DNA from: Eledone cirrhosa
Taxonomy: Eukaryota
DNA: 64,000 nt
NCBI GenBank assembly: GCA_964016885.1
Contig: OZ024741.1
Coordinates: forward strand, 138,136,001-138,200,000
Direction of reading: 5' to 3'
Below the pieces are notes generated by a model. The model saw only the letters and a list, made by a program, of their open reading frames with translations. It did no database searches and had not been told where the DNA came from. The number at the start of each line of letters is the position of its first letter. Positions within the stretch are counted from its first letter, which is position 1. The position numbers and the translations under genes were made by a program. This document shows, piece after piece, positions 1-12,921 of this stretch.

Positions 1-123
1 ATATATGGCCAGCCTGCTCAACCAGTGGGATGGAGTTATCCTATGGCTAAAACAGCACAACGTGCTGTGACCAGCGGCGCCGACTGGCGCCAGACAGACT
101 GGTCGGTGAAGGTGATCAAGGTG

Positions 124-156
<33 letters not shown>

Positions 157-413
157 ATAGAGAGAGAGAGAGATAGATAGATAGATAGATAGAGAGAAGG
201 AGAGAGAGAGAGTGAGCAAGAGAGAGAGAGAGAGAGAGAGTGCGGACCGGGTGTCCACTAATCAAGGAAGTACTCAATGCACAGGGAGATATGGAATGTG
301 TATAGAGACAGGTTTAATACCGAACATGCCTCGGCGCCGCGTCCGGAATTTTACCTCTCTCTATCTCTCAGTATATATATATATATATAGATATACATAC
401 ATACATACATACT

Positions 414-464
<51 letters not shown>

Positions 465-671
465 CTACCTCCACTAATGTTGAGAACAAATTTGGTCGTT
501 CTGACTGCTGCTAGCAATAGCTGTGGCTAGTTTGACCTACTTTTGCCTCTATCTTTGCTACGGCCCTTGATAAACCTGTTTCTACATCATCCACTCTCAT
601 CCCAGGAACAGTTTTGATAGCGCTAGTTTGTGATTTAAATTCAGGAATTTTATATTCTTTGAATGAAAAGA

Positions 672-755
672 ACCTTCTGACGAGAATCTTTCTTTGCAAC
701 GAAGGCCGTATGGTCTCCGTTTTATTTTTGGGATTCGAAACCGATCGGTAAAGGT
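672..755 (+). ncRNA. Type I hammerhead ribozyme, long stem II insertion
   Basis: ACCTT-CTGACGA-GAATC...GATTC-GAAA-CCGATCG-GTA-AAGGT: stem I ACCTT/AAGGT, stem II GAATC/GATTC, palindromic stem III, GUA site. Confidence 0.8.
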
Positions 756-1155
756 AACTATAGTAGGTAAAGTCAATTTTTTAAAATTTATTTTGAAACT
801 TTTTCATTATTTGCTAAACCTTGTTTATATTTGTTCTGGCTCGTTAATTTATTAACCCGCCATTGAACCACACTGGCATTTGGTTGGACAATACATGCGT
901 ACCTTGGCGCCTTGTGCGTGAAGGAACGTATATCCTATTACTACTACCTCCACTAATGTTGAGAACAAATTTGGTCGTTCTGACTGCTGCTAGCAATAGC
1001 TGTGGCTAGTTTGACCTACCCTCCTTTTGCCTCTATCTTTGCTACGGCCCTTGATAAACCTGTTTCTACATCATCCACTCTCATCCCAGGAACAGTTTTG
1101 ATAGCGCTAGTTTGTGATTTAAATTCAGGAATTTTATATTCTTTGAATGAAAAGA

Positions 1156-1239
1156 ACCTTCTGACGAGAATCTTTCTTTGCAACGAAGGCCGTATGGTCT
1201 CCGTTTTATTTTTGGGATTCGAAACCGATCGGTAAAGGT
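1156..1239 (+). ncRNA. Type I hammerhead ribozyme (second tandem copy)
   Basis: Same motif as 672-755. Confidence 0.8.
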
Positions 1240-1306
1240 AACTATAGTAGGTAAAGTCAATTTTTTAAAATTTATTTTGAAACCTTTTCATTATTTGCTA
1301 AACCTT

Positions 1307-1364
<58 letters not shown>

Positions 1365-1444
1365 GGTGTTGGATGTTTAAAGCGTCCGTATGCGGTAGGC
1401 CGTATGAGCACTCGATGCCCTCATAGAGCAGAGTATGATATCAG

Positions 1445-1679
1445 AGAAGAAAGAGAATCAGTGTTGCGACGAAAGGAATTTATTGGACATATTACAATTG
1501 TTTCTCGCGCGACCAGCTCTAGGCACGATCGAAGAAACGAGACGTATCCGAGGACCGCGCGATTCCAGAGTCAGGTTTGATCACCACATCGATCGTGCCT
1601 CCAGCTGGTCGCCCGAGAAACAATTGTAATATGTCCCATAAATTCCTTTAGTCGCAACACTGATTCTCTTTTTTTCTGT

Positions 1680-1680
<1 letters not shown>
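1445..1680. repeat. Fold-back inverted repeat with HHR 3'-half remnant
   Basis: Arms ~1445-1531 and ~1589-1680; TCG...CGA-GAAAC-AATT-GTA retained, CTGANGA absent. Confidence 0.6.
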
Positions 1681-1759
<79 letters not shown>

Positions 1760-1826
1760 CAAGGGAAAGCAAATAAAGAAAACATTTTAAAATAAATTTC
1801 AAAAACTTCACGTACTTAGTATATGT

Positions 1827-1907
1827 GCCTTAACCGCGGTTTCAGTTCCCCAACAAATAGATAATCCGAGCGGATTTCTATTGAAAAAGAGATCCTTGTC
1901 AGAAGGC
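1827..1907 (-). ncRNA. Degenerate HHR (G8>A)
   Basis: Minus strand GCCTT-CTGACAA-GGATC...GAAAC-CGCG-GTT-AAGGC. Confidence 0.5.
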
Positions 1908-2383
1908 TTTTCTTTCTCGGAGAATATAAAATTCCCAAGTTCAAATTACAAACTGGCGCCATACAAAACTGCCCCAGAATGAGAGCAAATGAATGATGAA
2001 ACAATTCTGTCTAGTACCGTGTGCAAAGACTGAAAGCAAGATGGACAGGTCAATCTCTTGCTACTAAAAATAGCACCCGTTCAAATGACCAAAGGTTTCT
2101 CTACCGTTAGGGAGAATAATAATAAAAGTATGTGCTCCTACATGTAAATGTAATTTGAACTTGGGAATTTTATATTCTCCGAGATGGAAAAGCCTTCTGA
2201 CGAGGATCTCTTTCTCAATGACTGAAAGCAAGATGGACAGGTCAATCTCTTGCTACTAAAAATAGCACCCGTTCAAATGACCAAAGGTTTCTCTACCGTT
2301 AGGGAGAATAATAATAAAAGTATGTGCTCCTACATGTAAATGTAATTTGAACTTGGGAATTTTATATTCTCCGAGATGGAAAA

Positions 2384-2463
2384 GCCTTCTGACGAGGATC
2401 TCTTTCTCAATGACATCCACTTGGATTATCTATTTGTTTGGGATCTGAAACAGCGGTAAAGGC
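2384..2463 (+). ncRNA. Type I hammerhead ribozyme
   Basis: GCCTT-CTGACGA-GGATC...GATCT-GAAAC-AGCG-GTA-AAGGC; compensatory changes relative to the 672 copy. Confidence 0.75.
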
Positions 2464-2648
2464 ACATATAGTAAGTACAGTGAATTTTTTGAAATTATTT
2501 GAAATGTTTTTCTTTATTTGCTTTTCCTTGATTTTATATGTTCTGGCTTGTTAATTTATTAACTTGCCATTGAACCATACTGGTATATGGTCAGACTATA
2601 CTTGTATCCCTATGTGTATTATTTACATGTAGGAGCACATACGTTTAT

Positions 2649-2713
<65 letters not shown>

Positions 2714-3179
2714 GAGTGTGTGTGTGCGTGCGTGCGTGTGTGTGTGTGTATGAATACATACATAAATATGTATTATATATATTAATCTATCATTGAATAT
2801 TCAGTTTCGAGTAAGCACGGAACAGCGCCTAGTGATCTACTAATTGATGCCTGTGTGGAGTCGTTAGTTTTGACCAACGAGGCTGATATGTAACTTATTG
2901 TGGTGTCCCGTAGAGATAGTGTTTCCAGCATGGTTGCTTTGATTTTCCTCTGTATTGTTTCCATTCCAGTCGCACGTTTCTAGATGTTGCGTGTTCCCCT
3001 TACCGTTGCTCATGGTAGCTCGTATTCTCATGTAATTTAGTGTTGACAATCATTTTAAGACAACTGCTCACGTGAAATTATTATTCAGATGTCTAAGCAT
3101 TCCACAGACACGTACCGAGACATAATATGGAATAAGGGTAACACATTGAATTACAGGTATAGACAATTGGATGGATATG

Positions 3180-3320
3180 CAAACAATGTCTTTCTAATCC
3201 GATTTCACTCAAAACCCGAGACTGTAGCAAATAACATATGTATAGATATGCCATGCAGTAGGGTCGAACTTGGGTCCTTATGATTTCGAATTCAGCATGT
3301 TAACTATTCAAACATGCCGC
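3180..3320 (-). mobile_element. Decayed tRNA-derived SINE (third family; similar remnants ~6040-6190, ~48340-48480, ~48700-48830)
   Basis: Reverse-strand B-box-like GTTCGA and similarity among these copies. Confidence 0.4.
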
Positions 3321-4674
3321 ACTAATATAATTGAACTGATAATTTTCTAAATATCTTGATCCCTTGAAACAAATGTTTACTTTATACGTGCACCACCGAC
3401 ATGACGGCATTACTTAATTATTCAAATATTCAAGTCTCTTAAATTAATGCTTGAAGTGTGAGTGAGTTTACATTTTGAGGACATAAAACTCTTGAGAGAC
3501 CCACAACGGTGTTACAAGTATTGATAATATTCAAAATTAACGCTGTCTGAAATAGGAGTTAGCTGGGACGTTTTAGTTGAAAGGTTTTAATTTATATTCA
3601 AAAAACACTGTGATCTCTATCGGTAAATACAAAGTAAATGGAAAATCATGAACAAAAAAGACATAATTTCCGTGAATGTATCAGAAGAAAACATATTTCA
3701 TTGGATCTAACCATGCAGTTATCTAACATTGGTCATTTTATTGCTGATATCTGTCGGTTGTAAATACTTGAGAAAACATCATTTCTTTTCTAGTGAAAAG
3801 AGGCGGAATTTAAACTCAGCAAGCATGGATCCGGATGAAATACTACAATGCAGCCGTCCGAGTTTATAAAATCTCAGCTGATCTACCACCTCTGTAAATC
3901 CTTTGGCCCTTCACACGTACATTGCTCATCCCGAAGATTTCATAAGATATAAATGGTAATAAGATAGAAGTGGTACTATCTAATTTGGCTATATTTTTAT
4001 TTAAACTGCATCGATTCCTACGTATAGTTTTACAAACTGCGGAACAACTCGCCCGTGAAATTAACGTGTAGGTTACTGAGCATTCCACTGATACTTGCAC
4101 CGTTAACGCAATACTCAGAGTTATTCAATGTGACACCGATATGAATAATTTTACCTGACGCATGTGATGGCAAGAATTATCTTGTTCAAGGAATGCAGCA
4201 TCGAGAATCTCGCTCAGGAACTTAGAAGCGCGTGTCCAACAACAAAAACATTTGGTTACACGCCTTAAATGTATAGTCTTAGTATATATGACTGTATTTC
4301 AATAGGTAGAGCTGCTAGGATGACTTGCATTTCTCTATGTATAATGTAGATATCTACCTTCTCAGCAGAGACCAAATCCTGTTGAATTTCAAAAACGCTT
4401 TTAGGTGTATAAATCGCGCTTAATAGAAGAAAAATAAAAGATAAATCACACATTTGAATGACTTCAGTGAATTTATCACAAATAGATATACCACTGACTG
4501 TTTATCAATTAGCTTATTGCTAGCATTAATTTAAAAGAGCTAACAATGATTCATGACAGCTGTTGGACACCATGTGCAATTGAAATTAATCTTTTCATCT
4601 CCATATGCATGCATAACATATTCTTCCCTGGTGATTTTTATTGTATAATTCTTTTACAAGCTTCAATAATTAGG

Positions 4675-4729
<55 letters not shown>

Positions 4730-4986
4730 AGCCGGAAGGCTGTAAAAGATAAAAGATAAAAGAATATATATATATAGTAATATTAATAAATTTGAAGACT
4801 AAAATCCAAAGAGGGCTCGATAAGGATAAATAAAGCGATTCTTTGCTTAAACATTAATCTCTTATTTTAATAAATAAATAAATAAATAAGTAAATATATA
4901 TATATATATATATACATTATGAAGAGAGAAGAAACATTTAGATATAATTAGTAATAAAATGTATCATACCTAAACTGTTCCTAAAT

Positions 4987-5074
4987 TCCTCGACTACCTA
5001 GTTTCGTGGCATAAACAAAAACAATATATCAAAGATATAGAGTCATTGCGAGGTCTGCCGACTTATCAAGAGGA
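4987..5074 (-). ncRNA. Type I HHR, U3-A8 core variant
   Basis: Minus strand TCCTC-TTGATAA-GTCGGCA...TGCCAC-GAAA-CTAGGTA-GTC-GAGGA. Confidence 0.65.
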
Positions 5075-5681
5075 TACCTCATTTTACTAGTCTCAAGAAC
5101 GCGTCTACACGACGTGAGAAAGAATCCCAAAAGGCGGAGGGGGAGACAGTCACGCGATATAACGGTCGAGAAACAGAGCTATGCCTCTTATAACCACGAA
5201 GAAAATACCACAGAGGCGGAGGGGGTATTCATATCGAGGCCGTAGAAGAGGTAGTGAAGAAGGCGAGAAGTATGAGTAATGGAAGCTTTCCAGTTGTCCC
5301 CACACTTCAAAGATTGCTCGACCAGAGGGAGTTATTAATATATTTAGAAACACACAGATACATGCGGACACACACATATATACATGAATGCATCCGCACC
5401 CAACTGTGAGTTAAGGGTGCCAACTTCACCGATGTTGCTCAATGAATGACTGGGACAGACCAATTCAGTTTGAACCAGACTGAACCAGTATCAGAGTTAA
5501 AAATACATTATGAAGAGAGAAGAAACATTTAGATATAATTAGTAATAAAATGTATCATACCTAAACTGTTCCTAAATTCCTCGACTACGTAGTTTCGTGG
5601 CATAAACAAAAACAATATATCAAAGATATAGAGTCCTTGCGCGTCGTGTAGACGCGTTCTTGAGACTAGTAAAATGAGGTA

Positions 5682-5769
5682 TCCTCTTGATAAGTCGGCA
5701 GACCTCGCAAGGACTCTATATCTTTGATATATTGTTTTTGTTTATGCCACGAAACTACGTAGTCGAGGA
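5682..5769 (+). ncRNA. Type I HHR, U3-A8 core variant
   Basis: TCCTC-TTGATAA-GTCGGCA...TGCCAC-GAAA-CTACGTA-GTC-GAGGA; palindromic stem III ACTACGTAGT; GUC site. Confidence 0.7.
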
Positions 5770-6000
5770 ATTTAGGAACAGTTTAGGTATGATACATTTT
5801 ATTACTAATTATATCTAAATGTTTCTTCTCTCTTCATAATGTATTTTTAACTCTGATACTGGTTCAGTCTGGTTCAAACTGAATTGGTCTGTCCCAGTCA
5901 TTCATTGAGCAACATCGGTGAAGTTGGCACCCTTAACTCACAGTTGGGTGCGGATGCATTCATGTATATATGTGTGTGTCCGCATGTATCTGTGTGTTTC

Positions 6001-6041
<41 letters not shown>

Positions 6042-6397
6042 GACGGCATTCTACAGTTTCCTGCGCTCAGATTCCTCTCATATGACAGTCATCATGTCGC
6101 CGAGAACATAGTAAAAGACACTAAGGGACCACACATTGAACACGAAAACTCGTAATCATGAAGTCCAACTCCATAATAACAGCCATATACGAGTAAATAT
6201 AGTAGGAGGTATTGAACTATGAGATTTCAGTAACTTATACACATCTAGTTTCAGTATGGTGTACTTGTGTGCAGTTACATATTAGCATATATCTTACTCT
6301 CTTCCCCTCATTCTGCTTCTCTCAATATCTGAATCACCCCCCTCCCCCCTCTATCTTTATATATATATATATATATGAAGATAGAGGAGGGAGAGGG

Positions 6398-6453
<56 letters not shown>

Positions 6454-8289
6454 AAGCAATGCCTACTAATCAAACACCGTGTTGAAGACATAATAAAAAA
6501 TGTAGTAATGGTGCTGATGCCATAAAAGCCAATAACGAGGAAGCATGGTGCGATTATCAATTTAATAGTTCATCATACAGTGCATACACTGCTATAGTGT
6601 TATAATTGAATTATATACTTTCTCTAATTTTGAAGCAGATCACATGAGTGTCTGTAAATAGAAAATATGCCCCTATTTCATCTTATTGCAACCTAAGGGT
6701 GAGCCAGTGAATCGGATCAATAAGCGTTTAATTTTAACTTTGAATCTAAGATCAATGTTTGAATCTTGTTAGTTAGAACATAAAGATATGATTATATAGC
6801 AATCTCTGCGTGAATTGCAGGACTTGACGTAACCTTTTCCCCAAGGAAATATGCAAATATACTATAACTTATATCAGTAGATGTTACTAAAGTCAGACTA
6901 AATGTCTAAAATGTGAATGATATATTCTTGAATAAATATGTTATTTTAAGAGTGAAATTGGTGGAATCGTTATATATTTCATAGGTTCACACTGTATTGC
7001 CAATACTATATATTTAAATTGATTAACCTCTGATACTGTTCGGTCTATATGTCTGGAGTTTTACGAATACCATATAAGATCATAACAAAAATAAAGTGAA
7101 AAATGTAAATGAAATGCAAATATAAAAAGGAAGGATGAGAAATGGGGAGGAAGAAGCAAAAACTGTGAAAGCCTTGCTGTGGAGAAGAGACAGCGATTCC
7201 AACGGTATTAGCCATCCCACTACATTTTGTAGCAAACTCTACACTATTGACTGGATGGTATATCCGAGCTTCATCATGCAGCCAATATGGTGATAACATG
7301 GAAACGTGGAAAACAGCTAGCTCTACCCACTACATCGATCGGTCCATCTCATGGGGTCCTGTATTTAAGCGTGCTCTCAATTCAGTGACTCAATTCAGTG
7401 ACTAAGTATTTCGGCAATCTCTACGGCATTCTCCACAGAAAAAGACAGACAATCAATGCATAGCATTTTATAAGGGACATGTATAGTATCAATATTACAT
7501 GTCAGTAACCTGGATATTCATGTGGGTACTTCCATGTATTTTTATAAACATGTTGCTGTACCTAAAATAGACCGTCAGCTGATTGATATAACCTGCTAAA
7601 CAAATCAGCACATTCTCCATCAAATCACATTCAATTCTTCTAAAAAGATATGAAGATGCATGTAATCATGGCAATCTAAACTATAATAAAGTAAGGAGTG
7701 CGGGACTGCGTACGGTTTATTTCTTTTAATCCAGTTAGTAAAATAAGTTGGATTACGTTGAATAAATAAGTAATCAATATTACATAATTTATGTACTAAA
7801 TTTAGATTAAATTTAATATAAATAATTTTATTTAAAATTGACTTCTGGTATATCGCCGCCGCCGCCACCACCACCACCACCACCACCTCAACTACCATAT
7901 ATATAGCAAGAGAGAGCGTGTGATGAGAGAGATACTGATAGATAGAGTGATTGTGATTTTCAACACGCTGACGCGTATGTATGTGTATGTGCAGATACAT
8001 ACATCTATATGTATGAGTATATAACTATTATGAGTATACAACTATAATCGTGCAAACACAAACTTACAAAAATACACGCCCACGGACATACATTCACACA
8101 AATACACATACTTTCGCACAAACATATACATACATTCACACATATACATTTACACAAACACACATTCACACATATACATTTACACAAACACACACATACA
8201 GTCATACAGTCATGATAGCGTTCGGTGAATTGGAAATGGTAGAATAAAATGAAGTACAACTTTTTATTTATTTATTAACAACAGAGTTT

Positions 8290-8960
8290 AACTCTTTTTT
8301 TTTAAAAGCTCATTTGTATAAACATTTAATATAATGGTTATAAGAACGAAGACACTAACAAATATAAAATATACAAAGGGAAGGGAAAGGAAAAAAGGAA
8401 AGAGAAGAAATACACAAGCACGTAATACACACATCTTAGACCACATAGAACAATATGCAGGCGAAAGGGGTGAAAATGAGCCGCTACCAGAGCACTGCGA
8501 AACCTCTCTAATAATTTTTGAGGCAAGCCAGCACGCTCGCAGCATTACCTGGGGGTGATGGCGAGGCTGAGGTGCTTGAACAACCCCGTTCCATTCGCGA
8601 ACATCACCAGTTACCTCTGTTTGGTGAGCCGCCAGTGAAAATAAGAACCTCGCTATCAGTAGCCTGACTCCACCAAACGATCTGTACGTCACAGGCTGGA
8701 TAATGTAGTTATCTGACAGAACACGGTATTTTAGAATTTTGTTCCGTTCAGCTGCGGGTGCTGTAGCTCTCGCCCTTACCGCTGCATCCAGGATGTGGGA
8801 AGAAGCAAAAGAGTCACTAACTGTGACATCCCAGGTAAGTCATCTGCCTCTTGACCAAGGCACAGAGTAAGACCGTCAAGTCTTTTCCCATCAATTCTGG
8901 ACAACCCAGACGGTCCCAAAATTGAGGGGATGTTTGCCCGGGCCAAAGATCTTGGGTGGT
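8290..8960 (-). mobile_element. 3' fragment of a restriction-like-endonuclease (CRE-clade-like) non-LTR retrotransposon, pseudogenised
   Basis: Manual translation across frameshifts: LSRIDGKRLDGLTL/VPWSRGR*LTWDVTVSDSFASSH...AAERNKILKYRVL...TGDVRE...LFKHLSLAI/GNAASVL; A-rich tail at ~8294-8302. Confidence 0.8.
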
Positions 8961-9104
8961 AATAGGACAGTGTGTGTATGTGCGCGCACGTGATTTTAAC
9001 GGCGTTCTTAAACTAGAGACACGTGTGTGCGTCACTGGTTTTAAGTGAGACATATATATGTGTATGTCCCTTTCCTTCCTTTTACACACACATACACATT
9101 GTGT

Positions 9105-10190
9105 GATGGACGAGTGGACAGAAGTCCCTCAAATGTATATACATGTGAATGGAGTTCTACTGAAGCAGTTAGAGAAGATCAAGTATCTTGGAGCCGTGTT
9201 CATGAGTGATGGAATGCAGGAGGCTGAATTAAGTGCAAGAATTGCAAAAGTTGATGCCGTAATGTGCCAGCCTCAGCAATCAGAAGAAGGGGGTAGGTGT
9301 AAAAGCCAAACTCGTTGTCTTCCTGCTATTCCGCCAACTGTTACCAAGGATCTAATCTATAATACAGTAAGTAGTGTGGGATTGCATCCAGAATATATTT
9401 TTTATCCCGTTTGTAAAATAAGTTGGACTATTTTGAATAAATAATGAATGAATATTACATAATTTATTTATTAAATTTCGTGGCTGTTCATTAAATATAT
9501 TTTATTACTTATTTAAAGATTCACTTCTTTAAAATCTTCAAATGTCAACACTTCCGGTTAACGGTCGCTTAAATAAACATTCATATATTTCCGTCACTAA
9601 TTTTCTCCTAATGCAGTTTATATATAATATCGTCTTTTTTTGATGTATCATGGATTACGTTTCTGATTACATAAGACAGTGTAACAACGTCTTCGTTAAA
9701 TTTCTGTGTATATTGTCAATTACCTTCGGGTGGTTTTCTGTTAGTCTTGAGTAATGACCAAAAGAATACAATTGCAAATAAAATCGGCAAAAAAGGGATT
9801 CCTCCGGCAGAAATGGGATTCCCCCGAAGGGTCTTTGGAGTAACGTTACTCGATAAAGTGCATAGCTCAGAGACCAGAGAGTCACTCCTGGTAGAGCCAC
9901 TACTTCTCCGAATTGAGAGATCACAACTCCGATATTATGAGCATGTGGTTAGAATGTCTCAGTAAAGAATCGCTGGACACATTTAAGGGAAAACCAACCG
10001 GCAAGAGAGCCAGAGGTACTCCCTGAGCAATATAGTTGGATAACATCCATGAGCTTGACTGGTCACGCTTTGGGATCCAGCTGGATCAGTTAGAGATGTT
10101 TGCTACTGACAGACTCGCTGGCTGGAAGGAGTGTTTGAGAAAGACCTGCTCCCCACGACCCTCACAGAAATAAGTGGGTGAAGAAGAAGA
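9105..10190 (+). mobile_element. RTE-clade LINE 3' fragment (RT thumb/C-terminus), interrupted ~9330-9745
   Basis: VNGVLLKQLEKIKYLGAVFMSDG...ARIAK; AEMGFPRRVFGVTLLDKV...LRIERSQLRYYEHVVRM...GKRARG; GAA-repeat tail. Confidence 0.8.
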
Positions 10191-10423
10191 TATTGTCAAT
10201 TTACTTTTCAATTTACATATATCTATATGCATATATATGCGTATAATACCAATTAGCACACTACATATGCAAGCAGAAAACCGCCGGAGAGCGTTTTTTC
10301 TGCTAGTATAATATAATGCAGCATAACACACACAAAAAAAAAGACAGGATCACATCTTGAACGCCGATAATCAAGAGTCGTCAAGAATAGGGCTGAAGAA
10401 CAAAACGCATGAATTATTATTAC

Positions 10424-10615
10424 GGTGGATTGGCAGTATCGGTAGAACGTCAGACACCATGCTTTGCAGCAGAGACTTATGGCAACTTTACGTTCTGAGT
10501 TCAAATCCCGCCGCGGTTAACTTTGCCTTTCGTGCTTACGGGGTCGATAAAATAAGCCACCAGTAATACACTAGGGTAATTGCTGGCCTTGTGCCAAAAG
10601 TAGAAACAATTATTA
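10424..10615 (+). mobile_element. tRNA-derived SINE, family A
   Basis: A box TGGCAGTATCGG, B box GAGTTCAAATCCC, conserved TTTGCCTTTC...GGGGTCGATAAAATAAG core, ATT-repeat tail. Confidence 0.85.
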
Positions 10616-11454
10616 TTAAAACAAAACACACAATAATATATTTCTTGAATCCGCTAATGGCATAATCTATAACAATTTAGTGTTTCAGCAATCGTGAAAT
10701 ACTGAAAAATACGAATAAAAAATTAAAACACCGACAATAAGAATAACGTACAGTAGAGCGTTTATAGAGAGTCAGATAATGTTTACGTATAAATTACTTC
10801 TGCAGTATTCTTGAGAAAAATTATGTATATCAAATCTAAATGTTATTCAGGCAGCATTGTTACACACTCAAACACACACTCAACCCCTCCCCCATATATA
10901 TAAACATATATATCAGGCCAAATGCATATCATTACCTTTTCCTAAATCCTTTTATAGCCATACAGAAAACTGCACTTTTAGAAAAAGGCAATTTCATTCC
11001 TATTTTTCTTTAAATATCTATAATTGCACTTGGAAACAGAAGAAACTCAATAGATACTTGTTTTTGTTGACAGCAACTAGTCAGATCGGTAATCAGCCAG
11101 TCAGCTAGCTAGCAAGTCATTTCAACGTAACTGCCGGATAATGACATCTTGCCGGTTGTCAAGTAAAATAGAATACGAAATAATTGGCGTGAGTTTTACA
11201 TCGGTGAGAAGAAGGTTTCGCAACCGTATCTGCCAAACCTGGCCGGATGCCAATTAATTTTTAGATAGTTTACAAAGAAACTGTTCGTTGAATTAGAAAA
11301 TCCATTAATTCTGCCTGCTGCCTCAATGTGATATTCCCATCGACTACGTATACATAATACTCCATGAAAATGCGTACATATTTATATACGTATCAATTAT
11401 GTGCAGATTACAAGCAAATAACACCTAGAAGCATTAGCGTATTTATGATACATA

Positions 11455-11524
<70 letters not shown>

Positions 11525-12199
11525 TACAAATTCACACACACACACACATGATAATCGGATGATAAAGCTGGGCCCTTGAAATATGTGTAGTGCTTTCGCG
11601 GAAATAACATTTTAAAATTCTAAAGTAAATTTTCCATTTCGGCCTTCGGTTGTTGTTGTAATGTATACATACATACATGGTGGCTGCAAACTCTGTAAAG
11701 AGTATTGCAATCACTTGTCAGATTATAGAGTTTGGTGCACTTTTAGGCTACAGCCAGGCACACAAACCTGTAACAGATCCTCAACAAACAATGCCTGTGT
11801 TTTGAAGGTTTTTTATGTGGGGAAAGGTCTTGCACTCGACCAATCCCACTCTCTGAACATTGAAAACACTACCCGAAAAGGAGAACTGGTTAACATCATC
11901 CGATGCTTCTGAAGCCGCAGGTTTTTTTTCCGAGTTTCCCTCTCTTAGAAAGGTCTTGTGACAACAATTGAGGGCCTTTCACTCCCATGTGGGGAAAAAA
12001 AAAACCAAAAAAAAAACTACTATTTGGATGGCCGTTGACTGTGCTGAGTTCCTCCGCATTTTGTCGGGTCTTGTATTTCATCCTGCAGGGTGTCCAAATA
12101 TCATCCTCCTAACCGAGCTAGCTTGGTGGGGTTGCCGGGTAGTCGCCGACCATGAGACAGGTTGCACATGTTACCAGTAGCACTGGCAACATTTGCAAA

Positions 12200-12230
<31 letters not shown>

Positions 12231-12233
<3 letters not shown>

Positions 12234-12375
12234 AAATAAAATCCGAAGGCAAGGTAAGGTAAAATTTCCAATCATTTTAATCACGACACATGTTTCAATA
12301 AGAGATAGATCGATCGTGAAGTCATGATCAATTATGATTGTAAATTTTACCTTGCCTTCGGATTTTCATTTTGAT
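12231..12375. repeat. Short fold-back element next to (TA)n with HHR remnant
   Basis: TCAAAATAAAATCCGAAGGCAAGG...CCTTGCCTTCGGATTTTCATTTTGA; minus strand GAAAC-ATGT-GTC-GTGA. Confidence 0.55.
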
Positions 12376-12503
12376 AATTAAATTATACTCCGTTTTACAT
12401 CATCTAGCTGTTCCCTTGAATGGAATTGGAGATATACTAAAGCGTGGAGAACTTAATATTGCTAACAAAAATGTATTGGACCGTTTTGCACAACCAATAA
12501 TAC

Positions 12504-12616
<113 letters not shown>

Positions 12617-12776
12617 TAAATATTCACGGGTGCGTATGATTGTGTATAGAAGATTATATTAATAAGAGGAATTCAAACTTTGTCTGATTTACTCGTTTTA
12701 TTTACAATCCTTTAAAATGTATAATGGTATTAGAATGAAATAGTATGATAGAATATTAAATGTTAAGTGTTAATTG

Positions 12777-12811
12777 AACAAGTACTTTCATGCTTTCGCA
12801 ATCTTCAGGTT
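12777..12811 (-). ncRNA. Minimal type I HHR
   Basis: AAC-CTGAAGA-TTGC GAAA GCAT-GAAA-GTAC-TT-GTT. Confidence 0.55.
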
Positions 12812-12886
12812 CCTAATGTGTGGTGACAGTCAAGTTTGCAATTTTCAACAGTTGAAAATTGCAAATTTGACTCACCACACATTATT

Positions 12887-12921
12887 AACCTGAAGATTGC
12901 AAAAGCATGAAAGTACTTGTT
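12887..12921 (+). ncRNA. Minimal type I HHR
   Basis: AAC-CTGAAGA-TTGC AAAA GCAT-GAAA-GTAC-TT-GTT; palindromic stem III AGTACT. Confidence 0.55.

Larger units (their letters stand above)
462..1306 (+). mobile_element. HHR-bearing tandem repeat (484-bp period, ~1.8 copies), Penelope pLTR/retrozyme-like, between (TA)n tracts
   Basis: TACTACCTCCACTAATGTTGAGAAC... at ~464 recurs at ~942; near-identical copies, each with an HHR; (TA)n on both sides. Confidence 0.75.
1757..2650. mobile_element. Diverged relative of the 462-1306 family with inverted and tandem (192-bp) segments
   Basis: 1757-1950 is the reverse complement of ~2345-2535; 2028-2219 duplicated at 2220-2411; similar to 640-880. Confidence 0.7.
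4915..6008. mobile_element. HHR-bearing direct plus inverted repeat element (pLTR-like)
   Basis: 4915-5050 repeated at 5506-5640; arms 5338-5640 and 5706-6008 inverted; 5641-5705 is the reverse complement of ~5051-5115; (TA)n flanks. Confidence 0.75.

Noticed and set aside
511-2004. Similar short ORFs on both strands (EYKIP / GILYS) as a protein family
   Set aside because: Similarity follows from nucleotide homology of the HHR repeat; frames contain stops and no domain was recognised
10424-10515. tRNA gene
   Set aside because: A/B boxes belong to a multi-copy SINE head followed by a conserved non-tRNA body
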